From Octopus sinensis (lineage: Eukaryota), in NCBI RefSeq assembly GCF_006345805.1, contig NC_043021.1, positions 23,746,001 to 23,810,000 on the forward strand: DNA of 64,000 nt, written 5' to 3'. Shown in pieces: positions 25,771 to 39,504 of this stretch (its first letter is position 1; every line of letters starts with the position of its first letter). The notes under the pieces were generated by a model. The model was not told the origin of the DNA, did no database searches, and saw only the letters and a list, made by a program, of their open reading frames with translations. A program made the translations under genes and the position numbers.

Positions 25771-26060
25771 GAAGATTTGAAAATGCAATTTTCAAGATGT
25801 TAAAATATCATTTTCAAACCTTCTTTCATATATTTCCACACGTGCGGTACCTTATAACTTTACTATGTTATATATAGAAATATACATATTACAAACATGA
25901 ACATATATTCACAAACTTATATGTATAACTATATTTATCCATGCATATACATACACACACAAAAACACATGTATATATGAATATATATGCATATGTATGT
26001 ATATATATATATTTATATACATATACATGAATATACATACAAATACATACATACATACAT

Positions 26061-26190
<130 letters not shown>

Positions 26191-26575
26191 ATATACATAT
26201 ACACACACATATATAAATGTATATGCGTATATATATACACACACAGGGTATTTGTGTTCGTATATCTGACTGGGCGCGTATGTGATTAAAAGCACTAATC
26301 AAATAGATGCTACAGGCTGTATTATTATTATTGTTGTTGTTGCTGTTGTTGCTGCTGCTGTTGTTGTTGTTGTTGTTGTTGTTGTTATTATTATTATTAT
26401 TATGATTATTGCTGTTGTTGCTTTGTTGTTGATGATGTTTTTTTTGGTTTTTGGCGTTGTTATTGGTGACACACGGCACAAAAGCCTAAAAACCAAAGAA
26501 AGGACAATATTAATGAACCTTTGACCAAAAAGTTGTCCCCGAAATTTACATAACATATTATTCAATACATTCTCT

Positions 26576-26681
26576 TTAATTCGTCAATGATTCTCCAGCT
26601 TTGGCGTTGATCCATGCTGTCAACTTAGGCGCGTTTTCCGAAGTGCATTTTGAAGATATCTTACCAATATTTTCCCATAAC
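26576..26681 (-). CDS. STC: Stanniocalcin-like gene A, exon 4 (ALWENIGKISSKCTSENAPKLTAWINAKAGESLTN*)
   Basis: Strong acceptor (TTTCTCTTTTTTCTTTTGCGTTGCAG), phase 2 matches exon 3, supplies the tenth Cys, TAA at 26578-26576. Confidence 0.85.
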
Positions 26682-26779
26682 CTGCAACGCAAAAGAAAAA
26701 AGAGAAATATTGGTGTCTTTTTGAATCACACACAAGCAAATTAAAATTTTTCTGTTGTTCGTGTGCTTGTTTTAGTACC

Positions 26780-27195
26780 TATTTCATTATTACCCACAAG
26801 GGGCTAAACACAGAGGGGACAAACAAGGACAGAAATAGGTATTAAGTCGATTACATCGACCCCAGTGCGTAACTGGTACTTAATTTATCGACGCCGAAAG
26901 GATGAAAGGCAAAGTCGACCTCGGCGGAATTTGAACTCACAACGTAACGCAGACGAAATACCTATTTCATTATTACCCACAAGGGGCTAAACACAGAGGG
27001 GATAAACAAGGACAGACATAGGTATTAAGTCGATTACATCGACCCCAGTGCGTAACTGTTACTTAATTTATCGACGCCGAAAGAATGAAAGGCAAAGTCG
27101 ACCTCGGCGGAATTTGAACTCACAACGTAACGCAGACGAAATACCGCTAGGCATTTCGCCCGGTATGCTAACGATGCTGCCAGCTCACCGCCTGC
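26780..27195 (-). mobile_element. SINE family B with two tandem units, in intron 3 of gene A
   Basis: CCTATTTCATTATTACCCACAAG at 26778 and 26961. Confidence 0.85.
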
Positions 27196-27526
27196 TTGTT
27201 TTAGTACCGACTCAGTACAAACATTAACAGACCTGACATATGATCGGAGACATTTCAAACATGGTTGCCATGTCTAATTTTCAGCAAAAAGGTATCTCCA
27301 GACTACATTATTGTCATTTGACTGCGGCCATGCTGCAGCACCGCCTTTAGTCGAGCAAATCGACCCCAGGACTTATTATTTGTAAGCCTAGTACTTATTC
27401 TATCAGTCTCTTTTGCCGAACCGCTAAGTTACGGAGACGTAAACACACCAGCATCGGTTGTCAAGCGATGTTGGGGGAACAAACACAGACACACACACAG
27501 GCACACACACACACATACATGCATGC

Positions 27527-27592
<66 letters not shown>

Positions 27593-29441
27593 GTTTAAAT
27601 ATTTGTTGGGCAAGATTTTTATGTGAAGTCGTGTGTTGAAACAGATATTGTTATATAACAATATAACACATCCAATTCAGATACACGTACATACATCTTT
27701 CACTGTCTCCTATCTTTCACTTTTTGCTCTCACTTCAAAGCAAATGTCTCCTTTTCACTTTCTCCTGTCTTTCAATTTCTTCTCTTTTCAAGCATAAAGA
27801 AATTAGATATTTTTTACGGAAATTAACGAACAATCATAAGATCCTGTATGATCGACCATGTGAACGATTTGACAACTTTGATGCTTCAAACGAAAGAATT
27901 TCATAAAATAAATTCTTTTGGCAAACACACGCGCGCACACACACATATACATTCACACACACACGCACCACACACACACACACACACACAACACACACAC
28001 ACACACCACACACACACACTCTAGGTAAAACTTCTGTACGAATTATGTTATTTGTTGCTGTGTGCACGAGCAAAATTACAGCTAAAATCAAATTGAAATT
28101 ACCATTTTATGCTCCTCAATTTGTGTTTGTGATGAGCGAATTTATAAACCTGATCTTCCATATAAACTTAAAGGGAAGGTTACCCAGAAATCCTGTTGTT
28201 TCCAGGATGTCCAAGGTGACATTTGTGCCCCTACCTTATTTTTTTCCTAAATTTCTTCCGATTCCAATGCCTTTGATACAGGAGATTTCACCCCCAAAAC
28301 ACGTTCTTAACATTTTAATTTTCTCCCTCCCCACCCCATTTTTTTCATTTTCATATCAATTCTTTTCTTGGTAACCCACGGAGAAAAAAACAGAGTACGA
28401 ATCTTTAAGAATTTTCATCTTCCTTTTTCCTAAATAAAATCACTAAAATCTCCTTCGCAAACAACTACCCATCACCCTCCCACTTTCAAAAAGGTACAAA
28501 CTCCCTGTGTTTCACTTTTAACCTTATGGAAAGCAGGGAAGTTTCTTCAGAAATAATGTCGTTTACCTGTTGATTCTAGCATGTTGGATTTTCTGGTGGC
28601 AATCTGGTATTTTTTGCGCCTGCTATTTCAGTACAATTCTATGCAAGCCTGAAGCATCAGACAAATGTGCAACATTGGAAAGTTTTAGCTTTCTGAAAGC
28701 GGGTAGGTGATGGGTAGGCGTGTGGGGTATTGAGTGTTTCTTAGAGAAAAAATAAACTTAAAAGAAATATGTATATTTCCCAGATTCGTAGTCGCAGTGT
28801 TTTTCTAAGGGGATAAAAAAATCGAAAAGAAGTTACAAATTCAGAAATTGTTGTGGGAACGGGGAGAAATAAAAATTTTGAAAACGTGATTTCTGGGTAA
28901 AATCGTATAAACCCTGTTTTATACGATGAAACAATACATAGTTTGTGATCCTTCTTAAGAACAGAAGCGCTTTCGCGCTAACCCATTTCACTTTTAAAAC
29001 TCACTTTACTTTTAAACCCACTTCATTTTTAAACAAACATTTTAAAACCCACTTCACTTTTAAACAAACAATACCTTCCATTACTCCAGTAATCCAGTTC
29101 ACTATATATCAGCTGTGCCGATTCTGCCCATAAGTAAGGAACGAATAATGCAATGTGTTTGTAGGTCATAACAGCTGGGCAACGCCGGAATGCATTGCTG
29201 GTATATAAGATGGCCATTCAAAGCTATGAAATGACTATGAAATTCAATCTAGCAAAACTTGACAGTGGAAAAATGGTTCCTCACAAACATCACTAACAAC
29301 AACAACGACGACGATGACAACAACAACAACTACAACAACTACAACGGCAGCTGCAGCAACAGCAGAAACAATGTCGACGACTGTAATAACAATAAAAGCT
29401 AAGAAAACAACGATGGAAACAGATGTACGCGAAATACTTAC

Positions 29442-29668
29442 GCTTTATAATGCTGTGATTTTGATTTCTCTATGGGCCGTTTAAAAATCTGCCACAGTCC
29501 CTCGCGATTATCCCAGCCGACTTCACAAAAATCGTTTTTCATGTAACAAGTGTGTTGTATAGCCAGGGTTTTTTCGAGGATAGAATTACAATCGAGTGTA
29601 TCAGATTTGTACATATCAGTGAGTTCATTCATGAAACATCCAATTATTGAATTGATCCAAATTTTCCC
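29442..29668 (-). CDS. STC: Stanniocalcin-like gene A, exon 3 (GKIWINSIIGC...HTCYMKNDFC...QHYK)
   Basis: TTTACAG acceptor, 227 nt (phase 0 to 2), donor GC|GTAAGT; C-x15-C-x13-CY-x5-C spacing and GK start as in STC1 exon 3. Confidence 0.9.
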
Positions 29669-29779
29669 CTGTAAAGTTAGGAAGTTTTTGAGTGAAAAAT
29701 GAAATTAGTTTATGAGCGGTTATTCTTGTGGTTTTCTTTTCTGACGATTAATACGGATCATTATGGAAAACTAATCGTA

Positions 29780-30195
29780 TCTTTACTCTTTACTCTTTTA
29801 CTTGTTTCAGTCATTTGACTGCGGCCATGCTGGAGCACCGCCTTTTTTTAGTCGAGCAAATCGACCCCGGGACTTATTCTTTGTAAGCCCAGTACTTATT
29901 CTATCGGTCTCTTTTGCCGAACCGCTAAGTGACGGGGACGTAAACACACCAGCATCGGTTGTCAAGCAATGCTAGGGGGGGACAAACACAGACACACAAA
30001 CATATATACACACACTTATAGATATATATACATATATACGACAGGCTTCTTTCAGTTTCCGTCTACCAAATCCACTCACAAGGCATTGGTCGGCCCGGGG
30101 CTATAGCAGAAAACACTTGCCCAAGATGCCACGCAGTGGGACTGAACCCGGAACCATGTGGTTGGTTAGCAAGCTACTTACCACACAGCTACTCA
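29780..30195 (-). mobile_element. SINE family A copy, 110 bp from the exon 3 acceptor
   Basis: Reverse complement of 23484 copy. Confidence 0.9.
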
Positions 30196-30559
30196 TATGC
30201 TAATCATTATTATGTTATTTAAAAGCAGATGTGAAACATGTATGAATGAGATATTAATTAGAAAAAGAGACATAGAAATGAAAAACTCAGAAAAGTAAAT
30301 GAATCTAAACGCGCTCACACACCTACACACACACATCACAGATAAATTAGCAATCAATTGTAATGTTGGTTAGAATCCAGTTATCTCAACAATCAGGACG
30401 CCCTAAAAGGGTCGAATCCCAACACGTACATAAACGTTCATATAGATACATACATTTATACGAATATGTATATACACACACATAGGTTATTGATATAATG
30501 CAAGTTATAGATCCAACATAAGGATGATTCAAGGGTTTATATATAAAAAAAAAACAAGT

Positions 30560-30980
30560 GGCGCAGGAGTGGCTGTGTGGTAAGTAGCTTGCTAACCAAC
30601 CACATGGTTCCGGGTTCAGTCCCACTGCGTGGCATCTTGGGCAAGTGTCTTCTGCTATAGCCCCGGGCCGACCAATGCCATGTGAGTGGATTTGGTAGAC
30701 GGAAACTGAAAGAAGCCTGTCGTATATATGTATATATATGTGTGTGTGTGCGTGTATGTTTGTGTGTCTGTCTTTGTCCCTCTAGCATTGCTTGACAACC
30801 GATGCTGGTGTGTTTACGTCCCCGTCACTTAGCGGTTCGGCAAAAGAGACTGATAGCATAAGTACTGGGCTTACAAAAGAATAAGTCCCGGGGTCGAGTT
30901 GCTCGATTAAAGGCGGTGCTCCAGCATGGCCAAAGTCAAATGACTGAAACAAGTAAAAGAGTAAAAGTGTAAAAGAGTAA
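30560..30980 (+). mobile_element. SINE family A copy
   Basis: Near-identical to 23484 copy. Confidence 0.9.
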
Positions 30981-30990
30981 GTGGAGTTTA

Positions 30991-31076
30991 AAAATTCACA
31001 ACATCTGTTTCAGCAACATTTCGAATTGGTTATTGCAATTATATCGCGGAAAAATCCGCAATCATCAGGTGATTTT
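30991..31076 (-). ncRNA. Type I hammerhead-like motif with enlarged stem II
   Basis: AAAATCAC-CTGATGA-[insert]-GAAAC-AGAT-GTT-GTGAATTTT; stem I 8 bp with one bulge. Confidence 0.5.
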
Positions 31077-31111
31077 AAACATGGGCAGGAAGAGAAAATT
31101 TATACAGACCC

Positions 31112-31490
31112 ACTAGATTTTTTCGGTTTGAAAGGCAGTTTTTCTAGCGGTGTCATATGAAATTGTCACCCATAATTATGACCCTAGAATCGATCTATTG
31201 CATTTCAATCTGTTTTAGGGTTAGAGTTAGTCAGGGTTATTGTTAGGAATGGGTGGAAGGTTATCTTTTTTTTTCTTCAGAAATGTAAATAAACACAATC
31301 TGTTTCTTAAACGAGGGACATATTCATACGGCACAGAATGTTTTTACCTCAATAGACGTCAGTGATTGGTTGAAATTGCAGAAATTGAAGAAAAAAAACA
31401 ACAAATATCTTAGAAACTATAGAATTTTCTCTATAAAGCCAAGAGAAAAAGATGTTTTATAAACGCATTCTAAACCGAAACGATCCGATC
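31112..31490. mobile_element. Small element with imperfect terminal inverted repeats and TTAGGG-like core, related to 2586-3420
   Basis: GATTTTTCGGTTT at the left, AAACCGAAACGATC at the right; internal homology to 2680-2810. Confidence 0.5.
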
Positions 31491-32430
31491 CACTTTGCTA
31501 AGCCATTAGCAATGCAGAATTTAAGAACCGTTGAAAATTTAAATGACTGTCGGCGATTGACTTACGGCAGAGATTAAAGGCAACAACATTTTTATAGATC
31601 GCTCTCATAATTAATTATGCACCTAATGAGGACTGGGGTAGGCAATAAAGGATGAGAAGAAGATAGAGAAAGGAAAATAAAGAATATTATAGAGGAAGAA
31701 AGGGAAAGAAAGTTCATCATGGCGTCTAAATCTTTGTGCCATTCAAGTGATTACCGCAACTGGAGCCTTCGTTATCACACACACACATCAACATAGATTT
31801 ATACACATCTAAACAATATATTGCTTCATACATCTTCATACACGCGAATATATACACCTAAAAATCCATAAATACGTAAGTACACATACTTATAGAGACA
31901 ACCACACCCACACATAAACACACACAAACACATAAACATACACACATACACACACATATATACATACACTCAGATATACATACAAACACGCTCATATGTG
32001 TGTGTGTGTGTGGGGGGGTGATATGTCCTAAAATAAGCACACTCTAAAGGACTGAGCAGTTAATTATATGTCCGGTCATAAAGTAACCAATGGGTTAGCA
32101 TCCATAAAGCGTTAAGTTTCATGGACGGCTCGTCAGACACAAATGGCAGATGGTATATATCCCTTTTCAAACAGAAAAGGGAAATGTTATGGTCAATTAA
32201 TTTGTTAACAAAAGCTAAAATACCGTTTGAGACTTGTCCGAGTTATTTCACTGAGACAAGTTCAGATGGCAAAATTTATGATCTGAAGTGGCGAAAGGGG
32301 AATCTCCGCCCTTACGCAGTTTCAAGTTTGCGGGGACATTTTTCGTCTCAAATCAACGTATGGGGAATACCACACCCGTAGTATGAAGCGTTTGAGATGA
32401 AGGCATGGGCTATAAATCTCGTTTCTAGAA

Positions 32431-32472
<42 letters not shown>

Positions 32473-32641
32473 AATATTAGGGAATGAATCCAAAATTACA
32501 GGGAAAAATCAGATTTAGGGTTAAATCCAATTTTATAGTAAAATATTATATAATATAATTCGAGACAAAACAACTATTTTAAAACCAAACAAGGAAAGAC
32601 TTAATCAATACATAAAATTTTAATATAAATTAAATAAACCG

Positions 32642-32684
32642 CCACTACAAATGTTTCATGTCTGCTCCGACAATCTTCAGGTGG
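32642..32684 (-). ncRNA. Minimal type I hammerhead ribozyme motif (left arm)
   Basis: CCAC-CTGAAGA-T-TGTC/GACA-T-GAAAC-ATTT-GTA-GTGG. Confidence 0.7.
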
Positions 32685-35600
32685 ATTTTCGATCTAAGAA
32701 TAGCAATATTTTAAAATATAATTTAAAATAATTTAAAATGATAAAACAATAAAATTATCAATGAAATAATGTAAAAAAATAAAAATATAATCTATATATA
32801 ATCTATATATAATCTATATATAATCAATATATAATCTAAAATAATCTAAAATAAACCCTATAAACAATTGAATATAAAAACCTATTATAAAATTTCTCAT
32901 ATTTAAAAATGTACAAAAACCAAAAAACAACACGCAAAAAACAAAAACCAAAACCTAAAAACAAAAAACAAAAAACAAAAAACAAAAAATAAACTATATA
33001 TACACATACATGCTCATACACTCAACACATTACTTATTCATACATCCTCACACACACATACAACACTCAATTCATAAACAATATACATATACCCGCTCAC
33101 ACATACATATACATACACATACATACAGAACACGATATATACCAATATATAAACACCCACACCCATACAGATAAATAAATTACGCAAACAATCACACACA
33201 CACACACATTTTCACACATACATAAACACTCAAAAGAAAACTGAACAATTCTTAGCACGTGGATATCAAACATTTAAAAAAAATTATGAATGGAAATGAA
33301 ATCCATACATACAAGTATAAATATAACTATACAAACCCTAACACAATACACACAAATACACACACATATATACACACACCCACAAACATAACCATATACA
33401 CACTCACACATACATATACATACGTACAAGTCCCGATACAAACAAACTTTAATAAAACGACCATTAAAAACGAAAACTCATATATATTAATATATATATA
33501 AAAAAGAGTGTGTACACGCAGACGGGTGCAATCACACGCACATTCAAAACTTACATATATACAAGTGCATAAATAATCACACCCAATTACATAGCACTCA
33601 TACACTCCCACATCTACACTTACACTTGTACACTCTCACACATACATACACACCCATACCTACATACAAAAAATATATTTCTAGTTTTATAGTTTAGGCT
33701 TTAATTATAGTTAGTATTTAATTGGTATTTCTTTGTTTTGTATTTAATTAATATTTTATTGAGTGTGGGAATGAATAATAGTGTATATATCGAGTTTGTA
33801 CGTAAGTATATGTATGTGTGAGTGTGTATTTGGTTATGTTTGTGGGTGTGTGTATATGTGTGTGTATTTGTGTGTATTGTGTATGAAAGGGGTTTTATCT
33901 TTATCTTTTTATTTGTATGTATGGACTTCATTATCATGATTAGTTTAATAAGTATTTTGCATGAATGTATGGGTGTGTATGTAGGTGTGCGTGTGTACAA
34001 GTGTAAGTATAGATGCGGTAGTGTATGAGTGCTATGTAATTGAGTGTAATTATTTATGCAATTGTATACATGCAAGTTTTGAATGTCTGTGTGATTGCAC
34101 CCGTCTGCGTGTACACACTCATTTATATATATATATATTAATATCTATTTGAATTTTAGTTTTTATGGGTTTTTAAAAAAATTGTAGAAAGTTTTGTATA
34201 TTCCATTCATATTATGTGTAGAAATGTTGTTTTTCTTTTGTATGTTTATGTATGTGTGAATTTGTGTGTGTGTGAGTTTTTGCTTGTATCGAGTTTTGTA
34301 CGTATGTATTTGTATGTGTGAGTGAGTATAAGGTTATGTTTGAGGGTGTGTGTATATATGTGTGTGTATTTGTGTGTATTGTGTAAGGGGTTGTATCTTT
34401 ATATTTATACTTGTATGTATGGATTTTATTTATCATGATTATTTTAATAAGAATTTTTGTATGTAGGTATGGGTGTGTATGTATGTGTGAGAGTGTACAA
34501 GTGTAAGTGTAGATGTGGGAGTGTATGAGTGCTATGTAATTGGGTGTGATTATTTATGCACTTGTATACATGTAAGTTTTGAATGTGCGTGTGATTGCAC
34601 CCGTCTGCGTGTACACACTCTTTTATATATATTTTAATATATATATATGAGTTTTCGTTTTTAATGGTCGTTTTATTAAAGTTTGTTTGTATCGAGATTT
34701 GTACGTATGTATATGTATGTGTGAGTGTGTATATGGTTATGTTTGTGGGTGTGTGTATATATGTGTGTGTATTTGTGTGTATTGTGTTAGGGGTTGTATA
34801 ATTATATTTATACTTGTACGTATGGATTTCATTCATAAATGATATATAAATTAATAAAATTAATAGCCCCCTATTAAAGGTTACTGTAGATTAATTTGTT
34901 TTTAGTTTAGAGTACAATATATTTATTTTTAGTTATATAGTTTAGACTTTAATTATAGTTAGTATTTAATTGGTATTTCTTTGTTTTGTATTTACTTAAT
35001 ATTTTATTGAGTGTGTGAATGAATATTAGTGTATATATCGAGTTTGTACGTATGTATATGTATGTGTGAGTGTGTATATGGTTATGTTTGTGGTGTGTGT
35101 ATATATGTGTGTGTATTTGTGTGTATTGTGTATGAATGGGGTTTTATCTTTATCTTTATATTTGTATGTATAGACTTCATTGTCATGATTAGTTTAATAA
35201 GTATTTTGTATGTAGGTATGGGTGTGTATGTATGTGTGCGTGTGTACAAGTGTAAGTATAGATGCGGTAGTGTATGAGTGCTATGTAATTGAGTGTGATT
35301 ATTTATGTACTTGTATACATGCAAGTTTTGTATGTCCGTGTGATTGCACCCGTCTGCGTGTACACACTCATTTTTTTTATATATATATTAATATATATGA
35401 GTTTTCGTTTTTTTGGTTTTTTTAAAGAATTTGTAGAAAGTTTTGTATATCCATTCATAATTTTTTAATTTACGTTTGTTTACTACGCGCTAAGATTTTT
35501 ATATTCCATTCATAATTTTAAAGACGCTGTTTTACGCGGCGCTAATAATTTTTATATGTTCGGTTCCATGGTAACGCAATTTTTTGTTTATTGTAATAAC

Positions 35601-36941
35601 GGATAAAGTTATTCACTTCAAAATTTGATACTGATTAGAAGGTATGTATATTTTTCTCCTTGTTAATCTTGTTACTTATGATATCTGATTTCTTATGGAG
35701 TATTTTATATATCGTATTATGTGTAGAGATGTTGTTTTCTTTTGTATGTTTATGTATGTGTGAATTTGTGTGCGTGTGCGTATTTGATTGTATCGAGTTT
35801 GTACGTATTATTTGTATGTGTGAGTGTGTATATGGTTATGTTTGTGGGTGTGTGTGTATATATGTGTGTGTATTTATGTGTATTGTGTAATGGGTTGTAT
35901 CTTTATATTTATACTTGTATGTATGGATTTTATTTATCATGATTATTTTAATAAGAATTTTTTGTATGTAGGTATGGGTGTGTATGTATGTGTGAGAGTG
36001 TACAAGTGTAAGTGTAGATGTGGGAGTGTATGAGTGCTATGTAATTGGGTGTGATTATTTATGCACTTGTATATATGTAAGTTTTGAATGTGCGTGTGAT
36101 TGCACCCGTCTGCGTGTACACACTCTTTTTATATATATATTAATATATATGAGTTTTCGTTTTTAATGGTCGTTTTATTAAAGTTTGTTTGTATCGGGAC
36201 TTGTACGTATGTATATGTATGTGTGAGTGTGTATATGGTTATGTTGTGGGTGTGTGTATATATGTGTGTGTATTGTGTGTATTGTGTTAGGGTTTGTATA
36301 GTTATATTTATACTTGAATGTATGGATTTCATTTCCATTCATAATTTTTTTTAAATGTTTGATATCCACGTGCTAAGAATTGTTCGGTTTTCTTTTGAGT
36401 GTTTATGTATGTGTGAAAATGTGTGTGTGTGTGTGTGATTGTTTGCGTAATTTATTTATCTGTATGGGTGTGGGTGTTTATATATTGGTATATATCGTGT
36501 TCTGTATGTATGTGTATGTATATGTATGTGTGAGCGGGTATATGTATATTGTTTATGAATTGAGTGTTGTATGTGTGTGTGAGGATGTATGAATAAGTAA
36601 TGTGTTGAGTGTATGAGCATGTATGTGTATATATAGTTTATTTTTTGTTTTTTGTTTTTTGTTTTTTTTTTAGGTTTTGGTTTTTGTTTTTTGCTTGTTG
36701 TTTTTTGGTTTTTGTACATTTTTAAATATGAGAAATTTTATAATAGGTTTTTATATTCAATTGTTTATAGGGTTTATTTTAGATTATTTTAGATTATATA
36801 TTGATTATATATAGATTATATATAGATTATATATAGATTATATTTTATTTTTTTACATTATTCATTGATAATTTTATTGTTTTATCATTTTAAATTATTT
36901 TAAATTATATTTTAAAATATTGCTATTCTTAGATCGAAAAT

Positions 36942-36984
36942 TCACCTGAAGATTGTCGGAGCAGACATGAAACATTTGTAGTGG
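36942..36984 (+). ncRNA. Minimal type I hammerhead ribozyme motif (right arm)
   Basis: TCAC-CTGAAGA-T-TGTC/GACA-T-GAAAC-ATTT-GTA-GTGG. Confidence 0.7.
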
Positions 36985-37076
36985 CGGTTTATTTAATTTA
37001 TATTAAAATTTTATGTATTGATTAAGTCTTTCCTTGTTTGGTTTTAAAATAGTGGTTTTGTCTCGAATTATATTAT

Positions 37077-37116
<40 letters not shown>

Positions 37117-37121
37117 CACAG

Positions 37122-37166
<45 letters not shown>

Positions 37167-37360
37167 ATTTTCGAGCTACAGTGATTCATCAACTCGAAAA
37201 TTTAAAGAAATTAACAGCCATGAAACGATCGTAGTGATATATTAATTATATTTTTTTAATAATTTTGTTATATATTTAAATAATATAAATTAAATAATCT
37301 TATGTATTGGCTTAAGTTTTTCATTGTATGATTTGCCTAATAGTGGTTTTGTCTCTAATT

Positions 37361-37419
<59 letters not shown>

Positions 37420-37421
<2 letters not shown>

Positions 37422-37710
37422 CGTGATCACCGTGACCGACCAGGCTATCAGATGTTGCTACACATCGCTGGTCAAAATGTGCTTCGCATTGTTTTAGCCT
37501 TCAAATGACGCCATCCCGCTGACTGAGCGACCAGGCCAACAGAAGAAGGAGTGAAAGAGTACAGCAGAGATCACCACCACACCCTGCCGAAGCCTCGTGG
37601 AGCTTTAGGTGTTTTCGCTCAATAAACACTCACAACGCCCGTTCTGGGAATCGAAGCCGCGATCCTACAACCGCGAGACCGCTGCCCTAACCACTGGGCC
37701 ATTGCGCCTC
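37420..37710 (-). mobile_element. tRNA-derived SINE family C
   Basis: Reverse complement of 56129-56432. Confidence 0.85.
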
Positions 37711-37798
<88 letters not shown>

Positions 37799-37807
37799 CT
37801 ATGTATG

Positions 37808-37839
<32 letters not shown>

Positions 37840-38245
37840 AAGAGAAGAGGGGAGGAAGAGTGAGAGAAAGGAGGAAAATGAGAGATAGCTTCTGGGAAAT
37901 AATTGTACAAAATCTTTAATATAATATCGGGTCATTGCTGAGCGCAGCGAGGACCTTCATTTTCTTGTATTTCGTATATGTTTGTTTGGATATATTATAC
38001 GTATCTAAATCTATACATGTAAAGTCTTTATATTCCACAGTCACCACTTCAAGAAGATGCACAGTCCACTATCAGTTTAGGACAAGATGTTGACAACTAA
38101 TTACTATCCATATGGATACAGCTGTAAATTATTTTATTTGTACAATCCGAAATCGTCCCTGAATTTGTATTTAAAATGGTGTCATTGTGCATAAATAGCA
38201 TGAATTTTGATTCCTGCTATATTCTCTGCCTTAGCTAAATTCTTT

Positions 38246-38304
<59 letters not shown>

Positions 38305-38341
38305 CACATACTATACACTCTCTCAAACACACACTCATACA

Positions 38342-39169
38342 CAGGGTGATGAATTGGGGAATAGAAAGCAGAAATACTAAATTTGTAGTAGAGAAAATGT
38401 TAGCTGACTTGGAGTACTGAATGCCATCTTAAAAAGTTTTATATGCATCTTGATTTCGCTGGGTGTCAAAATGCCGACCTCACGACCGCTGCTCAAAGCT
38501 CTGTGAACGCTGTAAAAGCTGTAAGACATGACATAGACAGCTTCAACGGCAGCTACAAAGTTGTGAGCTATGATCAGCGGAAGGGGCACAGTAGACTTTC
38601 TGACTGGGTTTCTACGCCGAGATTCCGCCCCACATCTCCAAACAGGGACTGAGGTTCAATTCAGACGGCTATGTGACGCTGCTGGAGAATGTGGCAAATC
38701 TCTGGCTGGAGAGGGTTGCTAGCGGATAACCATACATATGGCACAAAGATTCAACTCCTTGCTATACCTTCGGAAAGAGTTAGAATTGGTTGTCGGAGAA
38801 TTTATGCGTCTTTACCAGTCCTAATTTCTGGGCCTCCTAATTCTCTCCGATTATAAGCTCATGTTTGGGCACGGTTGAGACAGACGCCAAACGCCAAACA
38901 CTCTGCGTGCAACTCCAAGGCCTCGTTCATGGCCAAGATGAAGGTGTTCGAAGATCTTCTCAGAGACACAGTGAGGTACGTATGTACCAGATGCTGCAGC
39001 CGTCTTAAGGCCTTAGTGAAAGGCGAGGGAGGTTATTTTGAGTAAAGTGTTATTTGCCAGCAATATTCTAGTTGATATTTTTGAATTATTTAAAAGGTAA
39101 TTTATTTTTAGATGGGATATTTTGTCTTCTACTTTTATAGAAACTGTTCAATTTAGCCCAAACACCCTG
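38342..39169 (+). mobile_element. Tc1/mariner-superfamily (maT-like) decayed transposon
   Basis: CAGGGTG...CACCCTG termini; YIWHKDSTPC and FW-PPNS motifs; ends GEGGYFE*. Confidence 0.65.
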
Positions 39170-39240
39170 TACAAACTTTATTCACTCTTTCTCATTCTAT
39201 TTCTCACGCACAATTCTTTCCACTTAAGAATTTCACTTAC

Positions 39241-39401
39241 TATATCATTCAAAGTTTTTGCCACGTTCAAAGCTCTTCTACATTGCCTATACGAGGTATC
39301 CTGCTTCTTTCTTTCGGGATGACAAGGGAACCTCTCATCCAAACATTTGTAAAACTTGCAGTTGACATTTTCACTATGTTTGAGACATTTGGGAGTAACG
39401 T
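39241..39401 (-). CDS. STC: Stanniocalcin-like gene A, exon 2 (DVTPKCLKHSENVNCKFYKCLDERFPCHPERKKQDTSYRQCRRALNVAKTLNDI)
   Basis: Polypyrimidine+CAG acceptor, 161 nt (phase 1 to 0), donor GTAAGT; five Cys with C-x8-C-x4-C spacing as in stanniocalcin. Confidence 0.9.
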
Positions 39402-39504
39402 CTGAAAAAGAAAAAGAAAAGAAATACAAAGGTATTAAACACGGTGTTACCGATTCTTTCTGGTTATTAATAATAAGACCCCCACCTCCCCTAAGAGAGC
39501 AAGA

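Larger units (their letters stand above)
32466..37078. mobile_element. Non-coding Penelope-type element: 1.1-kb inverted arms around TG-rich tandem repeats, between (TA)n tracts
   Basis: 32548-33672 is the reverse complement of 35958-37078; each arm carries a hammerhead motif; interior A-B-A'-B' direct repeats. Confidence 0.75.

Noticed and set aside
32121-32381. 86-aa plus-strand ORF in unique-looking sequence
   Set aside because: No motif, no splice support, antisense within intron 2 of gene A
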